From Eledone cirrhosa (taxonomy: Eukaryota): a DNA stretch of 64,000 nt. Numbering within the stretch: the first letter of the stretch is position 1; the number at the start of each line of letters is the position of its first letter. The translations under genes were made by a program, and so were the position numbers. Location of the stretch: contig OZ024749.1 in NCBI GenBank assembly GCA_964016885.1, positions 1,550,001 through 1,614,000 of the forward strand. The letters are read 5' to 3'. The notes beneath the pieces are model-generated. The model was not told the DNA's origin. It saw only the letters and a program-made list of their open reading frames with translations, and made no database searches. This document shows positions 1 to 14,197 of this stretch, piece after piece.

Positions 1-96
1 TAAATATATATACACACATGTATACCCACACACTTGTTCTTTGTGTGTACATTACACAAGATAGTGATATATCTAAGACACTTAGCAATAATGAGG

Positions 97-287
97 ATGA
101 TGGTGGTGGTAGTGGTGTTGGTTGCAGTGATGGTGGTGGTGATGATGGTGGTGGTGGTAGAGGTGGTGATGATGGTGGTGGTGTTGGTTGCAGTGATGGT
201 GGTGATGGTGGTTGTGGTGGCGATGGTGGTGGTGGCGGCGGTGATGGTGATGCTGGTTGTGGTGGTGACGGTGATGGTGGTGGTGTT
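97..287. repeat. (GGT/GAT)n trinucleotide low-complexity tract
   Basis: Direct reading; explains the Gly/Val-rich ORFs. Confidence 0.95.
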
Positions 288-3200
288 TAACTGTAAAATT
301 ACAATACAGCTATCTCTCTAAAGTAGATTCATCTGGCTTAAAACACACAACAGCTTTGAAAAACAAGTAAACATGGTCTTTTTTGTATTATCTCTGCGCG
401 CGGTAAGACCCGTGTTTGTGTGTATGAAAGAGTGTGATGTGCATGTATGTATGAATGTGCGTGTATGGTGTGCATGTATGTGTGTTTATGTGTGGTGTGC
501 TTGTATGTGATGTATGTATATGTAGTGTATGTATGTGTGGTGTGTGTATGTGTTCATGTGTGGTGTATGTATATGTAATGTATGTATGTGTTCATGTGTA
601 TGTATATGTAATGTATGTATATGTTGTGTATGTATATGTTCAAGTGTGGTGTATATATATGTTCATGTGTTGTGTATGTATATGTTCAAGTCGCCATCTC
701 AAATCTCATAAATAATCGTCCCCTAATGGCTGGTCAGCCACATATCTCCAGAACCAAGTCTTTTTTTATTATTTTTGGAGGGAAAATATTGAACAGGTCA
801 AGTGGAGGTTGCGACAAAAAGAAAATTAAATATATAATTCTGAGAACCAAAACAATAATGAAATTTCACCCTAGCTACAACCTACAAACACTAAATTTAA
901 CAGTATTGCTAGAATTATAGGGCCAAATGAATGGCAGTAGTTATTTTACATTCTGTAATGAGATCGATAAGATCAAGTACTAGTCAATTTCTGTAGTCTT
1001 ATCGTTAAAAAAAAATCGTTATTGTATGTTATTACAAGCATGCACTTAAATATACACGGGGTGTTTGAATATGTATATATACAATATATGTAGAGAGAAA
1101 GCCAGTTATAATTGGAAATTTGGTGGCCAGTCAATCTGGTTCTCCCACACTGCCCGGGCACCTACCAGGGTGGCCGTTATTGAGGATTATTTCTCACATT
1201 TTCTTTCTATTTAGACTCACTAATTATTTACTTTCGTCTAGAAGACAAACATAAAATATAACAAAAACACGAAGCATCTGCTTGAAGCAAATATCCACTA
1301 GTTACTCATATTTCTATGTTAGTGATCATATAATCACATTTGTATCGGCTTTCCTCAACATTTTGGTCAATATTATTTCCAATAGCTTCTCTTAGAAAAA
1401 ATATCCCCTTCCCATATTTTATTTTATCTTGAAGAGGAAATACATATCGATACACATATATTTGAGATCCGATTGGATTTCATTTATTTATTAAATATTC
1501 CTTTTTTTTCTTTTCTTTCTTCTTCGTCTCAAAGGTTTATCATAGATTCTGTAGCTCCTATAGCCATCATTATACACAAGAATAACTATCTCCACTGATA
1601 GATAGATGGACATTTTATTGCATTCAACTATAATACTTAATAGAAATAAATACAATAGACAAATGCTTAAACGACAATCGATATATCATTCGAGCAAAAT
1701 ATCCCGTCTGGAATATATAAAGAAGAAAAGGGAAATATATATATTAAATGTTGGGTTTTATTATTTGCTGGTGGTAATTTCTATAGCAGTCGCCGTGACT
1801 CCAAAACAACAGGAGCTGCCGTCTTCTTCCTGGCTTCCACTGCAACATATCCCAAACAGGTGTCTTTTAGGGAAGAATTTTAAATCCCCAAACCCCTTCC
1901 TTGTGTTTCCTTTGGTGTTTGTATTTCTTGGATAGGTTAATTGTATCAAAAATTACAGGAGGGAGAAATTGTATTTTACAGCATATGTGTATATAAGAAT
2001 TAATGTATGTTTAATATAAGAATTGATGTTTGTTTAATATAAGAATTGATATTTGTTTAATATAAGAATTGATGTGTGTTTACTATAAGAATTAATGTGT
2101 GTGTGTAGGTTTAATATAGGAATTGGCGTACGTATGTTTAATATAGGAAGACATGTAATTATATATAGTGTAGTTGTACACGTTTTCTCTCGGGGTTATC
2201 TTTTGTCGGCTCTTGATATTGTTTGATTCTACGATATTGTACATGTTTAAATGTAAATAAATATAATAAATATATATTTATGCTAATAAAGTAAAACATT
2301 TTCATCGCATCTCTAATGTGTGAGGGCTTTCAATATAATAAACCATAGTTTGTGAGGGCTTTCAATAAAATAAACCATAGCAATGTACTTGTATAGACGA
2401 TATCCTATCTCCTTGACACAAATTTGACATTTCTTGCATAAATATAAAAACTTTTGATTGAGGGAGACCAAAATCGTGTAATATTCATACTTTTTCTTGA
2501 ACAAAAATTGCCACAGTTGGATATGGAACCCGGTATATTATGTGAAGCTAGGTACTCTAACACCTTTGTCATATATTACTGTTTATCTTCTGTCTTACCT
2601 CTAACACGTTCGTCATATTATATTGGTGTTTATTTTATCTATAAGTAAGCAGAAAGCCAATTTGTGTGTGTGTGCCGTAGCTGGGTTCGATTTACTTTAT
2701 TTTATCGATCCTGTATGAATAAAAATAAAACCGAACTCAACCTAAAATTTTTTGGCTGGGAGATAATATTAATAATTGTTTCTACTTTTTGGCACAAGGC
2801 CAACAATTATCCCAGTGTATTACTGGTACTTTATTTTATCGACCCTGTAAAGATGAAAGGCAAAGTTAACCTCGGCGGGATTAATAATGAATACATATAT
2901 ATATACCGTCCTTCTTGTTTATTATTATTATATATCAACATATTTAATACGGAATTATTATATCTCTGTCGGAATTATTATTATTAAAAGCTGATTAAGG
3001 AAGAAAGATTAATGAAGACGGGCGAGGAGGATATATTTGGACTGACTGACTTTAATTAACGCAGTTACATTACTTTATAAGGAAGAAGGAAGATTAGATT
3101 AGAAAGAATAGATGTGACGTATGTAATGTCTTCGGGTATGTGGGCCTATATATATATATATATTATATATAAATAAGAGAAAGAGTAATGTTTAAGATTT

Positions 3201-3986
3201 CCTCACATTTCAGTAGAACCCTTAATAAAATTAATTGGCTACATTTAGGAATCGAAAAGAGAAAGGTGGTACTAGAGGGTCTCCTATTCGGCTAATTTAA
3301 CCCGCTTCAACCCTCTCATCTATTCCAAGTGTCAAATAATCTGTTGAAGAAAAATAAAATAAAACAGCAAACACATTTTTAAAAAAATTAAACAAGAAAT
3401 ACAGAAGGGAAAAAAAGCTAATTTTTTCTCTTCAAGACATTCACAACAAACACTTTTCCTACTCTCAATAATAATTATTTCTACATTTGGCACAAGATCA
3501 GCAGTTTTGAAGGGAAAGTCGATTAGATCGACCCAATACGTTAACTGGTACTTTATTTTACCGATCAATTAAGGGTGAAAGACAAGGCTAACCTCGGCAG
3601 TATTTAATAGTTTCTGATTTAGGCACAAGGCCAACAATTTGGGGGGAGAGGAAAGTCGATTAGATCGACCCAGTTCATTACTGGTACTTTATTTTATCGA
3701 CCCGATAAGGATGAAAGGTAAAGTTAACCTCGGCGAAATTTGAACACAGAACGTAAAGGGCCGCATAATCGTAATAATGATTTCTTTATTAGTAAGGCAG
3801 GGCTCACACGAAAAACATTAAGGACGACACTGAAGGGTTTTTTAAAGAAAAAAAGGTGATAACCTACGACAAAAAAATGTAATAAACATTTAAAAATCAA
3901 ATAAACCAAAACGAATTCCCCAATAGGGGGGAACATCTGAGGGTGAAAGGGAGCCCAGAAAATAATAATAGAAAAGGTATCCTTAC

Positions 3987-4054
3987 CCTCCGGTTCCTTT
4001 GGTTGACCAGTACAGAACGGTTGCTCCGTGGACAACTCAGACATTGGAAAGAGC
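3987..4054 (-). CDS. Possible 68-bp exon of an unidentified minus-strand gene
   Basis: On the minus strand: pyrimidine tract, ctaac, attcag|GCTCTT...GGAGG|gtaagg. Two open frames (LFPMSELSTEQPFCTGQPKEPE or SFQCLSCPRSNRSVLVNQRNRR). No homology recognised. Confidence 0.3.
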
Positions 4055-4444
4055 CTGAATGTTAGGGTTGAAATTGGGGGACCGGGGGTAGAAATAAAGA
4101 GAGAGAGAGAAGAAATAAAGTCAAAGTGAAAATTCGAATAACATGACTCCAAGAGAAAGAACAATGCTGTATGAAATGTTGGATGGAATGGTCGTGTGTA
4201 ATGTCTCCTCCTTTCCCTCTCACACTTGGTTTTATATTGTTGTTGTTATCTCTCTTTCTCTCCCTCCTATCTCTCTCCTTCTCTCTTTTTTATTTCTTTA
4301 TTTATAAATACATGTTTCTCTTTCTCTCTATACATATATATATATCAGAGCTCTTTAATTCACCAATAATATATGTATGTGTATATATATATATATTTAC
4401 ACACATATATATATGAGTGTATATATATATGTGCGTATATATAT

Positions 4445-4476
<32 letters not shown>

Positions 4477-5034
4477 GAGTGTATGTATATATGTAAATGC
4501 TCTTCTTTTCGTCGGCCTTTTGAGTGAGTGGAGTTTTGGTTGGCGTCAGCTAGAGGGAGATAGAGATAGAGATAGAGAGAGATAGAGAGAAAGATAGAGA
4601 GGGAGAGAAAGAAAGATAGAGAGAGGGGGAGGAAGGACAACTGTGTGCCAGATACAACACAACAGCAGTGGCGACGATAACAACAATAATTGATTGGCTA
4701 CAAGGGCCCAAAATATTGGGGACAATAATAGTAGGACCCCAGATAAATAATAACCTTAACAAGGGGCAGTACTGTAAGGGTAGGAACAATATAAGCAGTA
4801 GAGACAACTTATGAGGGGCAGCAGTTGGGAAGGGGTGGGCTGGAGTAGTCATAATAGCGACCTCACTGTATGACTGGTACTTTATTTTAACGAATAAGAA
4901 GAAATATTATTAATATTGATTTATTGTGTGTTTTGATCCTTCTTCCAGGGTCTAGGCTCAACAGCAACTATAGGCGGGGAGATATCAACAATGCTGATAT
5001 CACACAAATAGCAACAATATCAGCAACAGCTACT

Positions 5035-5540
5035 GTACTAGTAGTAGTAGTAGTAGTAGTAATGGTGGTGGTGGGGGATGCTGGTAGTAGTAGTGGTGGT
5101 GGGGTGCTGGTAGTAGTGATAGGGTGGTAGTAGTAACAGTAGTGGCGGTGGTAGAAGTAGTAGTAGTAGTAGTGGTGGTGGTGGTAGAGTAGTAACAGTA
5201 GTGGTAGTGGGGTGCTGGTAGTAGTGATGGGGTGGTAGTAGTAACAGTAGTGGTGGTGGTAGAAGTAGTAGTAGTAGTAGTGGTGGTAGTAGTAGTGGTG
5301 GTGGTGGTGGTGGTAGAGTAGTAACAGTAGTGGTGGTGATAGTGGTAGTATTGGTGGTGGTGGTAGTAGTAGTAGTGGTGGTGGGTGGTGGGATGATAGT
5401 AGTCGTAACAGTAGTGGTGGTAATGGTGGTAGTCGTAGTATTGGTGGTGGTAGTAGTAGTAGTAGTGGTGGTGGTGGTGGTACATAGCAGCAGCAATAGT
5501 AGTAGTAGATCACAGCAGCAACAGCAGCAACAGCAGCAAT
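5035..5540. repeat. (GTA/GTG)n and (CAG/CAA)n microsatellite mosaic
   Basis: Direct reading. Confidence 0.95.
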
Positions 5541-5574
5541 GAGAAGGAAATACCTGCAACAGCAACAACAATAT

Positions 5575-6415
5575 ACACACACACACACATGCATATGTAC
5601 ACACACACACACACATGTATATGTACACACACACATGCATATGTACACACACACATGCATATGTACACACACATGCATATGTACACACACACATGTATAT
5701 GTACACACACACATGCATATGTACACACACACATGCATATGTACACACACACATGCATATGTACACACACATGCATATGTACACACACACATGTATATGT
5801 ACACACACACGTATATGTACACACACACACACATGCATATGTACACACACACACACATGTATATGTACACACACACATGCATATGTACACACACATGCAT
5901 ATGTACACACACACATGTATATGTACACACACACGTATATGTACACACACACACACATGCATATGTACACACACACACACACATGCATATGTACACACAC
6001 ACACACACATGTATATGTACACACACACATGTATATGTACACACACACGTATATGTACACACACACACATGCATATGTACACACACACACACATGTATAT
6101 GTACACACACACATGCATATGTACACACACATGCATATGTACACACACACATGTATATGTACACACACACGTATATGTACACACACACACACACATGTAT
6201 ATGTACACACACACATGCATATGTACACACACACATGTATATGTACACACACACATGTATATGTACACACACACGTATATGTACACACACACACACATGC
6301 ATATGTACACACACACACACACATGCATATGTACACACACACATGTATATGTACACACACACATGTATATGTACACACACACATGTATATATACACACAC
6401 ACATGCATATGTATA
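5575..6415. repeat. Minisatellite CATG(C/T)ATATGTA(CA)n, variable units of ~16-26 bp
   Basis: Direct reading. Confidence 0.95.
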
Positions 6416-6537
6416 TAAGAAGAACACAAACCAGTGCACATTCGTTCCCACAGTGTGGCAGTGTGTGTAGTGCAAACACAGACAACTGTGTACACCTATC
6501 TAAATATCTGTTGTGTATTTATCTAACACATACACAC

Positions 6538-6656
<119 letters not shown>

Positions 6657-6733
6657 GTACATGAAAAGATTCAGGACCCCGACGACTGAGCTCTGACCAT
6701 TTTGACAGCTAGAACCGATCTCTCTCTCCCTTC

Positions 6734-6769
<36 letters not shown>

Positions 6770-6860
6770 GTAGGAGGGTGAGTTTTATTGTAGCACAATA
6801 AAGCAATGCAAATATCGGATAAGTAGCACTCAACAGTTTATAGGACTGGAGTATAAATAG

Positions 6861-7009
6861 TATAAGATCAAAAGATCGTTAAAAGAGTTCCATGTATTTT
6901 ATTATGCGCATTTCAAAAACAAATATCATCATGGGATGATATTTGTTTGATATTTGAAATGCGCATAATAAAATATTTGGAACTCTTTTAACCATCTTTT
7001 GATCTTATA
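6861..7009. mobile_element. Fold-back element with partial hammerhead motif (Penelope-like pLTR remnant)
   Basis: ~60-bp inverted arms; GAAA-TGCGCA-TA at 6956; gatga remnant at the centre; abuts (TA)n. Confidence 0.6.
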
Positions 7010-7039
7010 TTATATATATATATATATATATAACTAGCT

Positions 7040-8040
7040 CATTCCATTGCACAGATGGTTCTATAGAAATAGTGGACACCTTCCGTTACCTGGGTGACAA
7101 AATCAGTAGTGGTGGAGGGTGCTCTGAAAGTACAGTAGCTAGAGTCAGAACGGGATGGAAAAAGTTCACAGAGCTTATACCACTATTGGCCGCGAAAGGG
7201 TTCTCTCTATAAATGAAAGACAGGCTGTATGATGGCTGCATACGAACAGCAATGTTACATGGCAGTGAGACCTGGGCATTGTGTGCAGAGGATATACACA
7301 GACTGGAGAGGAACGAAGCTTGCATGCTCCGCTGGATGTGTAATAGTAATATACGTGAACGGCAAAGCATAAACAAACTAAGGGAGAAATTAGGAATAAG
7401 AGGGATCAGATGCTGTTTACTCGAGAGAAGACTACGTTGGTACGGTCACGTGATGCGCATGAAAGACGACAGATGTATAAAAAAGTGCAGGGCGATAAAA
7501 ATAGACAGTAGCCACGGAGTAGGCAGACCCAGAAAAACCTGGGACGACTTGATAAATTCCGACCTCACACACTTACACCTCTCCAAGACAATGTCACTGG
7601 ACCGAGATCTTTGGCGCTACACAGTAATACAGAAGACCCGCCTTGCCTAAGTACAAAGCGAAGCCTACAGTCAGTAGGCACCTCTAACAAAAATACACCC
7701 CCGTCCCACTACCCCCACCCCATCCACACCACCCCTTTCAATGTAAAGTTATGTTGGTACCACAACATCTAGTCCGAAACAAATGAGGTGGTGTAGGTGT
7801 CACGACAAAAAAACACACAGTCCACGTTGCAATGTGGCCGTGTATGTAACACGGTAAAAACCTCCCAGTTCACACTGTAAACGTGGTTGGTGTTAGGAAG
7901 GGCATCCAGCCGTAGAAAACCCGCCAGACAGTCTTATAGGAGCAGGACAACCAATCTTGCCTCAAGTGGGAAAATTCCTGTCCAAACCCATGCTAGCGTG
8001 GAAGATGGACTTTAAACGATGATGATGATGATGATGATGA
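7040..8040 (+). mobile_element. RTE-clade LINE 3' fragment (RT C-terminus, 3'UTR, (GAT)n tail)
   Basis: ORF 7213-7650 with LHGSETW, RLRWYGHVMR and GRPRKTW motifs; ends in aaacgatgatgat. Confidence 0.92.
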
Positions 8041-8599
8041 TATATATAAATTGGTGCACACAGATCTGCGAAACTGCAGTCGGGACTTTGAAGAAAGAAT
8101 AGGTATATTTTTGTCTATTATTTCCTCATATTTTGTAGTTTGATAAATAGCTCTGATTATGGAGTTGATTTAAGTATTTTAATTATTTTTAACTCTTTCG
8201 GTCATCGAGCAAAACTTGTTAATGCGGACACCACACACATATACATATACATATGAATATGTGTGTGTATTTCATTATTATATTGTCCCAAACTCCCCTA
8301 TGGTCAAGTTAACCAGGAGTGTATTAACTGCTTTTTCTGGCAAATACGCTATTTACTCACTGTCCACCTTATACCCTTCTGTGACCAATGTATCATGTAT
8401 TTATTTCTCTCCTCGCCTCTCAAGAAATTCTCACTTGCTACGAAAGAAACAATCCTTTTTTTTTACCACTATATCACATGTTAATCTCTCCCTCCGCCTC
8501 TGAGACTTTCTCACTTGCTATAAACGCGTCAGGAAACAGTCCATTTTTCTGCGGAGTCTCTTGATAATCCGTATCAACCTACTGGATCAAGACCTTTGG

Positions 8600-8915
8600 C
8601 GCCATATAGTTGTACAGAAGACCTGACTGCCATTGCATACAAACCTACAGCCAGTAGGCACCTCTTAATCCAATGTACACCCCACCCCCACACCATACCC
8701 CATCCCCCTTCTTCCATTCGGTCCACTGTGTCAATGACACAACAGTCCACACTGTAAATGTGATTGGTGTAAGGAAGGGCATCCAACTGTAAAAAAACCT
8801 GCCGGAGACGCTTCCATGCAAGCGTGACGTGGTCTCCTGACCATTTCTGCATCAAATGGAAGAAAACCGTCTAACCCATGCTAGCATGGAAGATGGATGT
8901 TAAACGATGATGATA
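8600..8915 (+). mobile_element. RTE 3'UTR/tail fragment
   Basis: Similar to 7600-8040; (GAT)n tail. Confidence 0.8.
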
Positions 8916-9699
8916 TATATATATATTTATATATATATAAAGAATTTTGCAAGCAGCCGAAGTGCCGAAGTGTACAATAAAGATATATCTGTATAAATAC
9001 AGAGAAGGTAACCGAGACTGCAGCAATGTGTATATAAATATACACACATCTAATATGTAGGAATATAAACATGCCAGAAAATACAAATGTTTAATCAATT
9101 TCCGAACCTAATTGGGTCTACATAAGAAGACGTGTTTATCAATCAAACAACCACAAAGAAAAATGTATTTAATGGGTTTATATACCCATTCCTTCTCAGT
9201 AGTATTCTAAACTGGACATATCAATTTGGATGTAATTAGCTCATATAAACATGCCAGAAAATACAAATTTCCCCATAAATTTTAAATGGTTTTAAAGAAT
9301 TCCTACTTGATCCTTTTGATACCAACCTGTTCAGAACAATTTCTGGTTCTATGAAACAAAACCATCCATTTTTTAAAGATTCCTATTTGACCTTTTTGAT
9401 ACCAACCTGCTTAACGTCAGCTCATCTTAAGCTGGTGAAAACTAGCTCTGGCTCTATAAAGCTCTGGCTCTATAAACAAAATCACATATTTTAAAGTTGT
9501 TTTTTTAAGCTATAATCTTCCAACATAATTGTATATAAGAACTATGTTAAGTTACTACCTCAGTAATAAAATAATTAATAATTTAAAATTCTTCATTAAT
9601 TAAAATGGAGTGTATTTCATCCAGTTGATTTCAGAAACATTGAGAAAATTTGATATTTGAGGTGTGTGTAAATGACTCTAATAATTGTTTCTACTTTTG

Positions 9700-10010
9700 G
9701 GGAGGGAGGGAGGAGGGGATGGGCTCTGGGCCTAGGGCTCGGCGGTAGAAGGGCTGTGTCCCATGGACAAGACCGCAAAAGTATTCCTGCGGAGGAAATA
9801 GCCAGTGACACCCACTACAACATCCACTCCATCTTGCGAGGCTCCTTCCTCAGGCAGGCCACCAATATTCCAATCTTGCTGAGGAGCTCGACGGTATGGG
9901 GTCTAAGTACGCCTGATGTCTCGACGGTGACCACTGCGAAGAGGAAGTGGCCGGACAATCCCCAGTATTTGTTTATCTTCCTTTCCTCTGCATTGTGGGC
10001 CGTGGTACCA
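9700..10010 (-). mobile_element. CRE-like (RLE-type) non-LTR retrotransposon, C-terminal remnant
   Basis: Minus translation AEERKINKYWGLSGHFLFAVVTVETSGVL...KEPRKMEWML*WVSLAI; matches the C-terminus at 23900-24160. Confidence 0.75.
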
Positions 10011-10385
10011 GGGTTTGTGGCTGAACCAACTTCTTTCTAACATTGACACAAGACCACAATTGTTGACAAGGGGAAAGTCGATTAAATTCACCCCAGTACT
10101 TAACTGGTACTTTATTTTATCAACACCGTATGGATAAAAGGCAGGATTTGAACATAAAGGAACGTAACTATATGACACAAGGCATCTGGTCAGGTGATCT
10201 ACTGCTTTTGCCAATCCTTTGCCTTTGACTATAACAGTAACAGTCTGTCTAGGGGTATTTTACTTGATATTCTCAACTATCATTTATAGTGCTCAACTAT
10301 TATTGTAGTCAGTTACATCAGGATGACTACATCTCAAACTTCAGAATGTATTTCATTAGAAATTTATTCATGAAAGGGTTAAATA

Positions 10386-10910
10386 CAGAGGCGTATCTAG
10401 GGTATGGCAAGCATGGCACGAGCCATGGGCTCCACTTGAAAGGGGGCGCTACCTGGACCAGGAGCACTTTCTAATAAAGTCAGGTAAGCTATCGTCAAAG
10501 AGTGAAAAAAGAAACTTCTTCAGATGTATGATGTCTTTGATTATCATGTGTGAGAAACCTTATGGTGGCTGGATCATTAAACCATTTATATAAGTTATTA
10601 GACCGCCATAGGTAAAAATACAGTGCTGGGAACTACATGATCACGGAGGCATACCTCATAGTATGACTTGTCAAATATTTTAATAGGGTTTTAATATTTG
10701 TCAAAGATCAGTATTACACAGATCCCTCCCTTTAAATACACTTTTGCCAATACTTTATGTATACTTAAGCATAAAGGATACCTATAGAACAAATGAAAAT
10801 GCAGTTTAATACCCTAAACTCTCATTTATTTAAATAGTGCTGTCAATCCCATTGTCTAACTATATAGCTTGTTGCATGGGGAGGTGCTAATTTCCCTTCT
10901 TACACCTCTG
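10386..10910. mobile_element. hAT-type MITE
   Basis: Termini cagaggcgta / tacacctctg; flanks gttaaata and gtgcaata (6/8 match, decayed 8-bp TSD). Confidence 0.65.
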
Positions 10911-11332
10911 GTGCAATACCCAGGTGACTTTTTAGAGAGCCTGTATTTGCTTTTGGCAACCATGGGTATGTGATGGTGTGATAAGTGTGGAGTAAAGAAG
11001 GAGAGTTGGTGAGAAGTAATTCTATGTTTGTATAATGCAAGGATGAAAGCAAAGCAAGTAGTAAACCATGTGACTTTACCAGCAGGAGAAGTGTTACATA
11101 TAGAAGACATCAGAGCAACTGATGGAGAATTTTGGCACGCTATAAGGTATGGCTGTGGCAGGGGGAAGTGGTAGGTGAGACATGAACAAGGTATGGCTGT
11201 GGCTGGGGAAGTGGTAGGGGGAACATGAACACATGTTTAAGGACGTTAGATAGTTCAGTAACAGTAAGTTGGTTCAAAGACAGAAAATAGTTCACAAAAG
11301 AAGGAATACACACAAACACACACACTTGTATG

Positions 11333-11363
<31 letters not shown>

Positions 11364-11504
11364 TATATATATATGTGTATATATATGAATGATATTAATA
11401 AATGGAAACTATATTTATAAAACCATATTTATTCTATTATATATATTTCAAGGGTACCAAAACTTTGGTACACTCTCATCAGATAAAATACAAAGTTTGT
11501 TTTA

Positions 11505-11785
11505 TAAATATTGACATATCCAGAAAGAATGTAGACTCCACATGTAGCAGCTGCACCGGGACAGCAAGCAACAAACAGCCACAGGAAACAAGCACCACCA
11601 AACTTTGGGAGGGCTCTGTAGAAACAGTAGACAGCTTCTGCTACCTGAGATCCCACTACATCTCTTGTGTACCCATTGTTTGCATATGGGGCAGAGGATG
11701 GAGTTCCTACCTACACCTTTCCTACATACTGAGCAAGGCTAGTTCCCTGAGGGGAGCTGGGGGTTTTTTTCTCGTCTACTTACGA
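11505..11785. mobile_element. RTE PHD-region fragments joined in opposite orientation
   Basis: 11505-11650 reads + (CSSCTG...VETVDSFCYL); 11645-11785 is the reverse complement of the adjacent upstream RTE segment. Confidence 0.75.
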
Positions 11786-12020
11786 TATATATATACACAT
11801 ACACACGCGCACACATATAACTCTATATACAACATTTTTTTTTACCATTTCAGATAGGCGCGCTCCATCATTCACTTTTCTATAAAAGTATATCATACAT
11901 GAAACGCCAGCATCAACAGTTTTCCAAGAGATGGCAACATGAATGGACCTGTTATTTTTCTCTAAAAAACATTTCTTCTGATTCCTCCCATCTCTTCAAT
12001 CTTTCTAATTTCTCATTCTT

Positions 12021-12056
12021 TCTTCTGATGAAGGACTAGCGTCCAAAACGTTAAGA
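12021..12056 (+). ncRNA. Minimal type I hammerhead ribozyme motif, mutated (GAAA>AAAA)
   Basis: tctt-CTGATGA-a-ggac-tagc-gtcc-aAAAC-GTT-aaga; stem I tctt/aaga, stem II ggac/gtcc. Confidence 0.7.
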
Positions 12057-12149
12057 CCCTCTTCCTGCTATTTCAAGCGTTAAATTAATATATTTCTTCC
12101 ATATACTGTACCGATTGTGTTGTTATTTCTGTTTGCCTTTTATATATAT

Positions 12150-12312
12150 ATAGGAAAAGAGTCAGGACCCCGACAGCTGAGCTCCGGCTGTTTTGACAGC
12201 TAGATCCGAACAGGGTCCTGACTCTTTTCCTATTACCCACTCTACTACCCTAAATATTGAGTACTTTGGTGCATTATGGTCCACCTGATATCTTACCACA
12301 CCCTCTTTGTTA
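12150..12312. mobile_element. Fold-back element of the 'ggaccccgacggctgagctc' family in (TA)n
   Basis: Homologous to 6660-6720, 26553-26746 and 27333-27455; inverted arms. Confidence 0.7.
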
Positions 12313-12539
12313 TATATATATCTAAGTCTGAAGTCTGTCTTAAGCCAGAAGGCTCTTTTGGCCGGTATTTATCCCGGTTTCATGTCGTGAAATAACTGAG
12401 AGTGCAAGACTTCCCCCTGGACAGACACCAGTCCATCACAGGGTTAAACTCCCAACTATTGCTGGTACTCATTATCTTACTGCCGAATTGTTGATTTGAG
12501 AAATGTAATGTATTCAGTTCATTTTCATGTCGTCTCTCC

Positions 12540-13335
12540 ATGTTAGTATCTGTTATATGTTCGTTTAACTTAGAATCTAATCTTTCCAATATTATCGATA
12601 AATCTGTTGGACCCTCAAAAATAATTTTCTCGTATTTAAACTCCAATTACGTGTTATATGTTCGTTTAACTTTTCAATAATAAGGTTGAATCTGTCAGAC
12701 CTTTATAAAAATAATCTTCTCGTTAACTTTCCCATTTCCCTGCCCCCCCCCTCCCCCCACATGCCACCATTATTATATAGTCCAAACATAATTCAGCAGT
12801 TTATATGTTTCTCTTACCAATCTCTTTCACAAAACCACCGCCTCAGCTATCACTCCTTAAGTTTAGACCTGGTTGCTTTTCGATATGATAGATGGACTAT
12901 AGAATTCTGGAGAGTCTGAAGAATCTGGACACTAAATGATAATGTCAAAGATAAAGATAAATTCACCCCATGTTGCCAGACGAGAATGCAAGGACTTCTC
13001 TTTATTTTGGCCACGGATGGCTAACATAACCCCATCTCCCTCACCCCTCCCTGCACCTCCAACCCATTCCTTCCACCCACCCAATGAAATCCAAAACTTC
13101 AGAGTTGGTACCATGAATGTAGGCACTTTAAAAGGTCACTCTAACGAGGTTGTAGAGATGCTTGGACGTAAGGAAGTTGATGATTGCTGTGTTCAAGAGA
13201 CCAGGTGGAGGGGTGGGTCTACTAGATTCATTGTGGGTAAAAAACGATGCTATAAACTTTTCTGGGTGGGAAATGACAATGGGCTGGGTGGAGTAGGAAT
13301 TATGTTAGAAAAATGGGTAGATAAGGTAATTCACA
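12540..13335 (+). mobile_element. RTE LINE 5'UTR plus APE endonuclease N-terminus
   Basis: ORF 12936: VGTMNVGTL...CCVQETRWRG...GVGI; near-identical to 36805-37850 (-). Confidence 0.9.
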
Positions 13336-13339
13336 TTGA

Positions 13340-14100
13340 GCACTCTGCACTTTATTATACAGCTGTCATCCTTCATACACATCACATGTCACATGTCCAT
13401 ACCAACACAATCTCCTCTCCTGCATGTAACAACTGACCCCTCTTATGTCTAATTTCTCATGCAGTACGTTTATACTTTACCATTCACGTATATTGCTATT
13501 GCACATCCAGCGAAGTATGGAGGCTTCATTTCTTTCCCATCTTCGCAGGTCCTGAACACACAGCCCCCAGGTCTCGCTGCTATGCAACATTGCTGTTCAT
13601 ATGTTTATATTTATTGAGTGATTTGTTATATTTATTGATTTGTTTATTTATTGATTTATTGATTTCTATTTTGAATATTTTGTGTTTATATCTTTAAGAT
13701 TCCTTTAATCTCACACATAGTTATGTACATAGATACACTCACACGCACACACACATATATACATACATATACATATACATATATATATATATACATATAT
13801 ATATCATCATCATCATCATCATTATTTTATGTCCACTTTTCCCTGCTTGCAAGGGTGGGACGGGTCCTCTTGCCCATATTTTTTATGGTCTTCCTCTACT
13901 CTGTCTTCCTTCCACTGGCATTTCTTGGCACTTCTTTACCCAGTGTTCATCCTCCATACGCATCACATGTCCATACCATTGCAGTCTTCTCTCCTGCACA
14001 CCACAACTTATCCCTCTTATACACAGTTTCTCTCTCAACAGAGGAAGCAGCTCCCTAAACTTCTTGCAACCTGTCCTTATTCTAGATACTATGGCCTCAG
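13340..14100 (-). mobile_element. Two RTE 3' fragments (13340-13600, 13805-14100)
   Basis: Reverse complement of the RLRWYGHV region; (ATC)n tail at 13805. Confidence 0.8.
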
Positions 14101-14148
14101 AGCATATATATGTGTGTGTGTGTTTGTGAGTGTGATTATCTCTCTCTA

Positions 14149-14179
<31 letters not shown>

Positions 14180-14197
<18 letters not shown>

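Noticed and set aside
6432-6497. Possible minus-strand exon between microsatellites
   Set aside because: Weak acceptor and donor; all frames open; no identifiable product.
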